A program made the translations under genes and the position numbers. Under the pieces are notes generated by a model that had not been told where the DNA came from, ran no database searches, and was given only the letters and a program-made list of their open reading frames with translations. Of a stretch of DNA of 64,000 nt, positions 1-7,841 are shown piece by piece (positions within the stretch are counted from its first letter, which is position 1; each line of letters opens with the position of its first letter). The DNA comes from a virus: IMG/VR virus record IMGVR_UViG_3300042469_000981. The stretch is one strand, 5' to 3'.

Positions 1-356
1 CGAGCAATAGCTTCTGTAGCTGATTCTTCTTCACTTAAATTTAATAAGTAATATTTTTTACCTTCAATTTGTGCTACCCAACTTCTTGGAGAATAAGTTA
101 ACATAAAAGGTTCTCCATTTCCAAGTATAATTCTAAAAGTTGTTGGTTTAGGAGCGACCCACTGAATATCTGTTACAAAAATCTCATATTGGTCTGTTAA
201 TAAATTAACAATAATATCTTTAAGTTCAGGGAATTTTTGTAATACAGGAAACTTAGGAGCGTCTAAAGAGATTGTGTCCTGAGCCTTTAATGTTTTAGGC
301 TTATATACTTGTTGTACAAATACTTTGATCTTCTCTTTTAGTTCGTCTTTAGTCAT
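1..356 (-). CDS. Partial hypothetical protein (MTKDELKEKIKVFV...), runs off the window start
   Basis: ATG at 356; open frame to the window edge; 3 nt downstream of the 360..1832 stop codon. Confidence 0.75.
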   Translation of the reverse strand, partial: MTKDELKEKIKVFVQQVYKPKTLKAQDTISLDAPKFPVLQKFPELKDIIVNLLTDQYEIFVTDIQWVAPKPTTFRIILGNGEPFMLTYSPRSWVAQIEGKKYYLLNLSEEESATEAIA

Positions 357-359
357 TTT

Positions 360-1832
360 TTATTTATTAGCATGATAAGCTTGTAAAGCATCTTCAGCGT
401 CTTTTTTAGAATTATAAGTTTGAGGCCACATTTTACCTGTTTTACCAGATAAAACTCTCCATTTACCTTTACTATCCTTTCTAATATTAGAGCCAGGCAC
501 TACATCCTCATCAATATAAGGTTTAGCTATTTTTTCAGCAGTTTCAATTTTATCATCATTCATAGCTTTTCTAGCTTGTTTGATATTATTTTGATCCTCA
601 GCTGATTTGTTTTTTGGGTCTTTTAAAGCTTTAGCAATTTTAGCTGCTAATTTATCTACTTTAGTTACTTCACCTTCCATCATTGGAGCTTCATTGTCTA
701 TCATATCTTCAGCACTAGCCACACCTACCATAGCATCAATAGCTGGTTCTTTTAATTCAAAGTCTAAGTAATGTTTAGCTGATACCATCATTTCTTGGGC
801 TTTAGTAATTTTTGACTGCCACCAAGCAGGAAAATCAACCTCACCTTTACCTTCAAATCCATCCACCATTTGGTATAATTCCATAGCGTATTTTCCAATA
901 CGATATAATTCAGCTTTAATCATATGTGGTTCGTCATCTTCATGACCTAAGTCAAGATCTTCTTTAAGTATGTCTAAATTTGTAAGTGTTTCTCTAAAAT
1001 CAGGAACGCTTTCAATCCAACTTATTAAAGCTTCTTCACCTCCAGGATTATTTTCAAAAAAATCTTCAAATGAATCATATCCAATAGCCTCAATATATGA
1101 TTCTACATTAGTAGTACCATAATATCCTTCTTTAACACCTTTTGCTTTTTTAATAGCTTTATCTTTAACACCTTTATATTCTTCTTCAGATGATTCTATT
1201 TCACCATCTCCATCATAATCTTTTGTAGCTTTTTTAGGATTTTTACCTTCACCCATCTCAGATCTATAATCTTCATAAGTTTCAAGTAAACCTTTTATAG
1301 CATCTCTAAGACTTATATAATTTTTTGAAGGAGAAATATATGATTGAATATCTTCAACTGTGAATTGAGGAGTTTCAAAATATTTAATTAAATTATAATC
1401 ATAATTTTTTCGCTCTTCAAGACTAAATCCTTCTGAAAAAATTAAATCATATAATAATAATTTTTTATTTATATTTTCTAAAGTTTTTTTCGTCTTAAAC
1501 TGGTGCATTAAGTCATTACTATCAATGATACCTTTCTTTTTTAATTCTTCTTTTCTTTTAGTAAAAAGATTATCAAAAAGTCCAGTTTCATCCATTGTAA
1601 TAGGTTTAGAATTAGATTCCTGTTGTAAGGTTTTTCTAACGAGTTCTTTTAGTTTTTGTTGGTTCATTGATTCGGCTTGTTTTTTAGCTATGTTAATAGC
1701 TCTTCCATACATAACTGCTTCAGCGTCCTTACCATAACGTTTAACTAAAGAACGTTTTTCTTTTTTAAGATTTTTAAGAATTTTTGGAATTTTCTCTAGT
1801 TCGGTTTTGGTAAGGTGACGCTCGTTAAGCAT
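360..1832 (-). CDS. Modular acidic protein, putative internal head/cargo protein
   Basis: 490 aa ORF; short modules (DYDGDGEIE Ca-loop-like, DFPAWWQSKIT, KWRVLSGKTGK) separated by hydrophobic-x-E junctions. Confidence 0.7.
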   Translation of the reverse strand: MLNERHLTKTELEKIPKILKNLKKEKRSLVKRYGKDAEAVMYGRAINIAKKQAESMNQQKLKELVRKTLQQESNSKPITMDETGLFDNLFTKRKEELKKKGIIDSNDLMHQFKTKKTLENINKKLLLYDLIFSEGFSLEERKNYDYNLIKYFETPQFTVEDIQSYISPSKNYISLRDAIKGLLETYEDYRSEMGEGKNPKKATKDYDGDGEIESSEEEYKGVKDKAIKKAKGVKEGYYGTTNVESYIEAIGYDSFEDFFENNPGGEEALISWIESVPDFRETLTNLDILKEDLDLGHEDDEPHMIKAELYRIGKYAMELYQMVDGFEGKGEVDFPAWWQSKITKAQEMMVSAKHYLDFELKEPAIDAMVGVASAEDMIDNEAPMMEGEVTKVDKLAAKIAKALKDPKNKSAEDQNNIKQARKAMNDDKIETAEKIAKPYIDEDVVPGSNIRKDSKGKWRVLSGKTGKMWPQTYNSKKDAEDALQAYHANK

Positions 1833-1837
1833 AATTA

Positions 1838-2008
1838 TTATTTTTTATCTTCGTCGATAGAAGCTTTACGGTACTCAGTAACCAATTTCTTGATTTCACC
1901 TAATGCCTTACGGGCACGACCATGAGCTGCTTTAGTAGTTTTAGCATGTTCTGCCTTAAACTCTTCAAATAATAACTCGATTTTTTCTGCTAATTCTTGT
2001 GTGTTCAT
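1838..2008 (-). CDS. Histone H1-like (Hc1-family, Bacteroidetes short type) protein, 56 aa
   Basis: Not in the ORF track. Translated by hand: MNTQELAEKIELLFEEFKAEHAKTTKAAHGRARKALGEIKKLVTEYRKASIDEDKK; the KAAxxRARKA...EYRKAS pattern matches the Hc1-like family. Confidence 0.7.
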   Translation of the reverse strand: MNTQELAEKIELLFEEFKAEHAKTTKAAHGRARKALGEIKKLVTEYRKASIDEDKK

Positions 2009-2014
2009 ATACTT

Positions 2015-4267
2015 TTATTTTATTTTATCTTTAATATAATCTATTACTTCTGATGAAGCACTGTCATAATCTTTGTTTGGGAATAAATCAATAAGTTCAT
2101 CAATTAATTCATTTTCAAACCAATCGGCTTTTTTTAATTCTTCAAATTCTCCATCTTTTTTAGAATCAGCTATAGCTTTATTAATAAAAGATTTTACTTT
2201 TGAAGTTAAAGGCACTTCATCTTCATCCTCTGAAATTTCATTTAATTTTTGTTTATATTGAGTTTCTGTAATAATACCAGCTCGTTTTTGAAGTAATAAA
2301 ATTTCTTTTATATTCTCAGCTACAGTAGTGTCTTTAACAACATGCTGCTTATTAAAGAAAGTAATTGTGTTACCAACTTGAGTAGCTAATTTTTCGTCAC
2401 CTAAAGCTCTAGCGGCTTCTAAAGCTGCTTCTAAATTGTCTTGAACGTCTTTTTTAGTACCTGTTAAATCTGCGTTTGCGTTTTGAGTGACATCAATTTT
2501 ACCTGGACCTTGAGGTTCTTCCATAGAAAAATCATCAGTTACGTCTACTGTTTCTTCACCATCTGTTACATCGTCTGTAACTTCTTCAGTATTTGTTTCT
2601 TTGTCTTTTTTAGCTTCACTTACATTTTTAAATTTTTTGCTTACTTGTCTGAAGATATTATCTAAATCATCATCCATAGAACCTTCCCAGTCTCTATCAT
2701 AAGCATAATAATCATAAACATCATCAGGAGTGTTAAGTTTTTTAATATCATCTAAAAATTGTTGTGCTTCATCTTCACCACTTATATCTTTTTCATAGTT
2801 GTAAACGTATTTTTGAAGAGGAGTTAAACCATTTTCATCATCTTTAACTTCTTTTAAAGTAGTGCCTTCTTTAGCCCTTTTAGCTTTATTTAAGTCATTT
2901 TCATCTTTAATTTTTTTATCTCTCCAAGCATTAAACTCTTCCTGAGTATTAAATGTTTTAATTATATCTAAAGATTTTCTAGCTTCATCATTTCCAAATC
3001 TTTCTTTTGTATAGCTGTATCTTGCTCTTTGAAAAGGAGTTAAATCATCTGTTGTAATTAAATTTTTAAATTTTGTTTTTACTTGTTTGAATATATTATC
3101 TAGATCAGAACCTTCCCAACCTCTATCATAAGCATAATAATCATAAACATCTTGTGGTGTTTTTAATTGTTTAATAGCATCTAAAAACTCTTGTTCTTCT
3201 TCTTCATCTCTTTCATCACTTACCTTAGATTCAAAATCATAAACATATTGTTGAAGATCAGTTAAACCATTTTTATCATCTAACATGCCTTCTAATTCGG
3301 CTAAGAAATCTGTTTCTGGAGTTGGAGCGTAAGTATCTTCGTTCATATCCTCTTTAGATGAAGACATTTTAGTGCCATTAGGTATGCTTGTAGGATTATC
3401 TTTAAAGCCCATCTTTTGACCAGCTTCATTGCTTTTAAATCCAACTCCATATTGGTGAGTACCAACTACAGTTTTTCCATCCATAGTAGTCACCATATTA
3501 ATAGGAGCATTTGCTTCTGCTAAAACCATTTCTCTAATTTTAGCTGTTAATTCTGATTTTTTCATTTTTGTATTTGTAGTTTTTACTTCATTTAAATTTA
3601 ACATATCTTTAATATCTGAAATGTAGTCTTCAACTTCTTTAGCAGTAGTAAATTCAGTAAATCTGTCATAAGAATTTTCATCCATTTCCTCAATTTCAGC
3701 TGTTATTTTATCAGCCATTTCCTTACCATATTTTTGTTCTAGATACTCAGGAGCATAAAATTGACCCATATATCCTTCTTCTAATTCTTCTTCATCATCA
3801 TCATATCCATATACCTCTTCATCATTTTGATCAATAAAATCTTCATCTTCTTCAGCAGCATACCAAGATTGATTAGGATCGTGTTTTGCTTCTTGAGTAA
3901 AATCATGAGTTGTGTAATCAAACTCACTAGGTCTAGTAATTAAAGCAGGGAATAATATAGGTGTTGAGGTTTCTTCTTTATTAAAAGCTAAATCAATACC
4001 TCTACTTCTATCACCTGAACCGCCATTCATTTGGTCTAGTAATTCATAGTAATCCATACCACCAAATACACCATATCCATCATAATTTGGTTCATAATAG
4101 TACTTGCCTTTATCATCAAACATGTAGACAGGAATCATGTTTTCTTCTTCAGATCCAATTTGTTGTCCTGTATCTTGAGTCATCCAAGAGAATTGACCCT
4201 CAGTTAATGAGCCAAAGAATGTAGCTTTATTTTTAGCTATATGTTCTTTTAAATTAAATTTAGTCAT
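2015..4267 (-). CDS. Modular acidic protein with an internal duplicated ~73 aa domain; putative internal head protein
   Basis: 750 aa ORF; two NGLT.LQ.YVY...VYDYYAYDR.WEG..LDNIF.QV..KFKN copies; QKRAGIITE motif. Confidence 0.7.
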   Translation of the reverse strand: MTKFNLKEHIAKNKATFFGSLTEGQFSWMTQDTGQQIGSEEENMIPVYMFDDKGKYYYEPNYDGYGVFGGMDYYELLDQMNGGSGDRSRGIDLAFNKEETSTPILFPALITRPSEFDYTTHDFTQEAKHDPNQSWYAAEEDEDFIDQNDEEVYGYDDDEEELEEGYMGQFYAPEYLEQKYGKEMADKITAEIEEMDENSYDRFTEFTTAKEVEDYISDIKDMLNLNEVKTTNTKMKKSELTAKIREMVLAEANAPINMVTTMDGKTVVGTHQYGVGFKSNEAGQKMGFKDNPTSIPNGTKMSSSKEDMNEDTYAPTPETDFLAELEGMLDDKNGLTDLQQYVYDFESKVSDERDEEEEQEFLDAIKQLKTPQDVYDYYAYDRGWEGSDLDNIFKQVKTKFKNLITTDDLTPFQRARYSYTKERFGNDEARKSLDIIKTFNTQEEFNAWRDKKIKDENDLNKAKRAKEGTTLKEVKDDENGLTPLQKYVYNYEKDISGEDEAQQFLDDIKKLNTPDDVYDYYAYDRDWEGSMDDDLDNIFRQVSKKFKNVSEAKKDKETNTEEVTDDVTDGEETVDVTDDFSMEEPQGPGKIDVTQNANADLTGTKKDVQDNLEAALEAARALGDEKLATQVGNTITFFNKQHVVKDTTVAENIKEILLLQKRAGIITETQYKQKLNEISEDEDEVPLTSKVKSFINKAIADSKKDGEFEELKKADWFENELIDELIDLFPNKDYDSASSEVIDYIKDKIK
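2624..2842 (-). repeat. Copy 2 of intragenic duplicated domain
   Basis: DDENGLTPLQKYVYNYE...VYDYYAYDRDWEGSMDDDLDNIFRQVSKKFKN. Confidence 0.9.
3062..3280 (-). repeat. Copy 1 of intragenic duplicated domain
   Basis: DDKNGLTDLQQYVYDFE...VYDYYAYDRGWEGSDLDNIFKQVKTKFKN. Confidence 0.9.
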
Positions 4268-4288
4268 AATATATATGTGATAAATATG

Positions 4289-5752
4289 TTATTTTTTTAA
4301 CTTAGCGAGAATAGTCTCAGCTAATTCTTTTTCCCTACGTTTCATATAATCCGTTTTACCTGAAGGATTTGGGTTTGATGATTTTTTAGGTTTGTCTTTT
4401 TTATTAACAGCGTAATCATCTTGGGCTTGTCTACGTTTCATGTAGTCTGTAGCTTCAGTTACTTTATTATATAAATCTTCATCCGCATTCCATTTCCAAT
4501 CACTCGCTTTAAAAGATTTTAATTTTTTAGCTATTTGATATTCCGCAGAAGATAGTTTTGACTGATTTTGTAAACCTCTTCTTTTATCTCCTCTTCCATA
4601 AAATCCTTCTTCAATTTCTTCAGTAGCACCTACAATAGTATCATAATCTTCCATAGATAAAATACCTTTTTCTTTATTTAAAGAAATTGCTTTTTCTGTG
4701 ATATCATGTAAATCCATATCTTCAGCAGCATCTTCTCTTGAATATTCTAACATACGAATAAACAAAGGAACATCCATTGTAATAGTATCTACTTTATCTT
4801 CTTCTTCTGCTTCATTAACTGGGCTTTCAAATGAAGCATTATTAAAGAAATCAAAAATCCATTCAGCCATTTCTATTGTAAATCTAGATTCACCAATCAT
4901 ATCAATTAATTGATTCACTTTAGCTATAGCTTTAGGATAATTTCTTAATTTAGCGTTAATAAAATCTTTACCTGATAGTAAACCAGACATGAATTTAGCT
5001 TCTTCCATTGTTGTTTTTTTAATAGCAGTAATACCACCACCAAAATTGGGTTTAGCATCCCAACCTTCTGCTTCAAACCTTCTAATCATTCTTTCTCTAG
5101 TGGCATCATCCATTGGTTCTACAATTACAATTTTTTCAAAACCTTCACCGGAGGTTTTTCTATAGGGGTATCCTGCTGTTAATGATTCACTCATTTTTTG
5201 TTTTACAGCGCTTTCTAAATTAAATTCATAAACAATTCTATTAAATTTACCATAAAATTCATTGGATTCATTCTTTGGTCTATAAATTGCTTTAAAAGGG
5301 ATGAATTTATTACCTGACATTTCATATTCAACACCTAAAGCATCTAATTGCTTTTTAGCCATATCAACAGCTGTTTCTTCTTCTTCAGCTTCATCTAATG
5401 AAGGAGAAGCCATTTTAATAAACTTATCTGATATAGCAAATACTTGTACTTTACCATTTTTTAAATCTTTTACTTCAATATCGTCACTATCAATTTTGTA
5501 TCTTGCTTCTAATTTTTTAGCAATATTATTACCCATTGATAATGCTTTAGCAGCTCCTGATTCTCTATCTTGACCACCCATAGTTTTAGATCCACCAACA
5601 GATAAAACATCTGAACCTGCTGGATAAGCTATATCAACGTATAGAAAGTCAGGGTATGATTTGTCCTTACGGAATACGGGTTTAAAATATTCTTCGTTAC
5701 CTTCGTTTAAGGGTTTAGAGAAAAATTCTTTTATTTTTTGAATGTCTTTCAT
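4289..5752 (-). CDS. Modular acidic protein, putative internal head protein
   Basis: 487 aa ORF; leader ...KPLNE; DVPLFIRMLEYSRED module; TDYMKRR occurs twice near the C-terminus. Confidence 0.7.
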   Translation of the reverse strand: MKDIQKIKEFFSKPLNEGNEEYFKPVFRKDKSYPDFLYVDIAYPAGSDVLSVGGSKTMGGQDRESGAAKALSMGNNIAKKLEARYKIDSDDIEVKDLKNGKVQVFAISDKFIKMASPSLDEAEEEETAVDMAKKQLDALGVEYEMSGNKFIPFKAIYRPKNESNEFYGKFNRIVYEFNLESAVKQKMSESLTAGYPYRKTSGEGFEKIVIVEPMDDATRERMIRRFEAEGWDAKPNFGGGITAIKKTTMEEAKFMSGLLSGKDFINAKLRNYPKAIAKVNQLIDMIGESRFTIEMAEWIFDFFNNASFESPVNEAEEEDKVDTITMDVPLFIRMLEYSREDAAEDMDLHDITEKAISLNKEKGILSMEDYDTIVGATEEIEEGFYGRGDKRRGLQNQSKLSSAEYQIAKKLKSFKASDWKWNADEDLYNKVTEATDYMKRRQAQDDYAVNKKDKPKKSSNPNPSGKTDYMKRREKELAETILAKLKK

Positions 5753-5771
5753 GTGTAATATATAATAAATA

Positions 5772-6344
5772 TTATTCTTTCTTTTGTTTCTTTAAATACT
5801 CAAGAGCTTCCTCTTTATATTTAAGTAATTGTTCTTTACCATTGCCATCCCACTTTTCAATATCGCCAGCTTCAGTAATAAATGATTCTTTTTCATTAAT
5901 TAATTCATCAAACCAAGTTTCAAAATCTTGAATAGTACCTTCTAAGTGGTCATTAATAACTTGTTTTTCTACTTCTTCTAATCTGCCTTCTTTTCTAAGT
6001 TGTTGTTCATAGTCTACCTGGCAATTAAAGCAATGTCCATTCATTATAAACCATTTTTTATCTAGGTAAGGCTTCATAGCATTAGAACAAGAAGGACAAA
6101 ACAAAGGCACAACAATACCTTCTTTTGCTTTGTCTAGTTTAGTAATGTTTTGTTTAATGCCGTTTTTAATAGTCCATTGACGCCCATCTTCCTCCCAAAC
6201 ATCACCTTCATTATGGAATTCTTTTGCCTTATTATAACCTGTTCCCATAGTAGTTTTTTCTCCATACTTGCCTTGAACCAAGTTACGGAGACGTTCTACA
6301 TCTCTATGTTTGAACTCTTTTTTTAAAACCGAATCTTTACTCAT
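5772..6344 (-). CDS. Hypothetical protein with CxxC...CxxC zinc ribbon
   Basis: FCPSC...HCFNC. Confidence 0.7.
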   Translation of the reverse strand: MSKDSVLKKEFKHRDVERLRNLVQGKYGEKTTMGTGYNKAKEFHNEGDVWEEDGRQWTIKNGIKQNITKLDKAKEGIVVPLFCPSCSNAMKPYLDKKWFIMNGHCFNCQVDYEQQLRKEGRLEEVEKQVINDHLEGTIQDFETWFDELINEKESFITEAGDIEKWDGNGKEQLLKYKEEALEYLKKQKKE

Positions 6345-7315
6345 TATTTATAGTATTCTTTTTTAATAATTTCTTTTAATTGTGTTACAGTTAATTTACC
6401 TGTTTTCTTTAACAATTCATATAAGTCAAAATCAGAGTATGAAGTAGCACCAGGTGTTGCTCCTGGTCGTGAAGCCATATCTCTGGTTTGTTTAGGTATA
6501 GAATCAGAAGAATTACTTGGTTTTTCAGGTGCTAAATTTATTTTTTTAGGACTGTAACCTGGTTCTTCAAATTTAATATTATAACTTTGAGCCAATTTAT
6601 TAAATATTTCACTTTCTGTAAAGTCAGATAAAGCGTCCTCTGATCCTTTAAATAATCTTGTATTTTCTAAATCATCAATAAAACTAGAATAGTTACTTCC
6701 TGGCTCATAATCAAACTCAATTTCTTGGTTTTTGTATTTTTCAAAAACTTTTTTAATTTTATCAATCATTTTTGGTTTTGGAGCTTCTTCTTCTTTTATT
6801 TTATTACCAGACACCTGTCCTTTTAAAGATTTCATAATATTAGCTTTACGTTTTTCCCATTCATCTTCTAGTTCTTGGCCGGTTGGGGGTTTTGGATTTT
6901 CTTTTAAAGCTACTTTTTTATCTTTACTGTAGCTTTTAAATTTACCAAGTGGTGCTGCTGTTGAATTATCTCTTGTTCGACTCATTTCAACTTGATCTTT
7001 AATTTTAGAAGCAATAACTGTTTCACCTTCACCACTAATTTCTACTTTCATTTGTCCCTTTTCTATCATAGGGATAAATTTAATAGTTGATTTTTTATTG
7101 TCAATGATTTTACCATTTTTATCTTTTAAAGGTTCTTGAACTTTAATAATACTAATGTCTTTTTCAAGAATTTCTTTAGTATCAGGATCTTGAAACTTAC
7201 GTTTTTCAGTACCTTCTTCAGTTGTATAATTACTGTTTTTAAACCAATCCTTAACATGGTTTACAATTTTTTCTAAATCTTCTTCTGAGTTTGCTACTAT
7301 TCTTTTAAATGCCAT
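6344..7315 (-). CDS. Hypothetical protein
   Basis: 323 aa ORF tiled with its neighbours. Confidence 0.7.
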   Translation of the reverse strand: MAFKRIVANSEEDLEKIVNHVKDWFKNSNYTTEEGTEKRKFQDPDTKEILEKDISIIKVQEPLKDKNGKIIDNKKSTIKFIPMIEKGQMKVEISGEGETVIASKIKDQVEMSRTRDNSTAAPLGKFKSYSKDKKVALKENPKPPTGQELEDEWEKRKANIMKSLKGQVSGNKIKEEEAPKPKMIDKIKKVFEKYKNQEIEFDYEPGSNYSSFIDDLENTRLFKGSEDALSDFTESEIFNKLAQSYNIKFEEPGYSPKKINLAPEKPSNSSDSIPKQTRDMASRPGATPGATSYSDFDLYELLKKTGKLTVTQLKEIIKKEYYK

Positions 7316-7841
7316 ATGCTTGTAGTTGTTTAAGTGTGTCTGCTGTGTTAGTGTGTAATATTCCTATACCGCCTTTTGATCTCCATTGTTCAATGTTATC
7401 AGGACGGTCATCAATAAGTATTTTATTCATTCCAGAATAATTCTGTTTTTTAGAAGCTGAAGCTAGGATTAATTTAGTTCCAGGTATGTTATTTTTAACC
7501 CATAATCTTTTTCCTAAACGAGATTCATTTTCTCTAGAAGGAGCTGAGAGTAGGGTTGGTTTATATTTTTCAATATAACTCCATAATTCTTTACCATCAG
7601 GCATCCACTCCATTCCTACCCAAAACTTAACTCCTATTTCTCCATCAATTAACTGCCAAAACTTATCAGTACCATATTTGGTTTGATATTGTGATGGTGA
7701 TAATCTTTCAGGATTAGAATTTTTAAAACGTTTATCAAAGTCAGTTAATACCCCATCCATATCACAATAAATTTTATATTGTTGTTCAGGTTCAACTTCT
7801 GCTTCTTTAATTTGTTTATATAAATCTGTTAACTTATACAT
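7305..7841 (-). CDS. HAD-superfamily 5'(3')-nucleotidase (NT5C-like)
   Basis: Motif I YCDMDGVLTDF; motif IV ILIDDRPDN. Confidence 0.85.
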   Translation of the reverse strand: MYKLTDLYKQIKEAEVEPEQQYKIYCDMDGVLTDFDKRFKNSNPERLSPSQYQTKYGTDKFWQLIDGEIGVKFWVGMEWMPDGKELWSYIEKYKPTLLSAPSRENESRLGKRLWVKNNIPGTKLILASASKKQNYSGMNKILIDDRPDNIEQWRSKGGIGILHTNTADTLKQLQAYGI

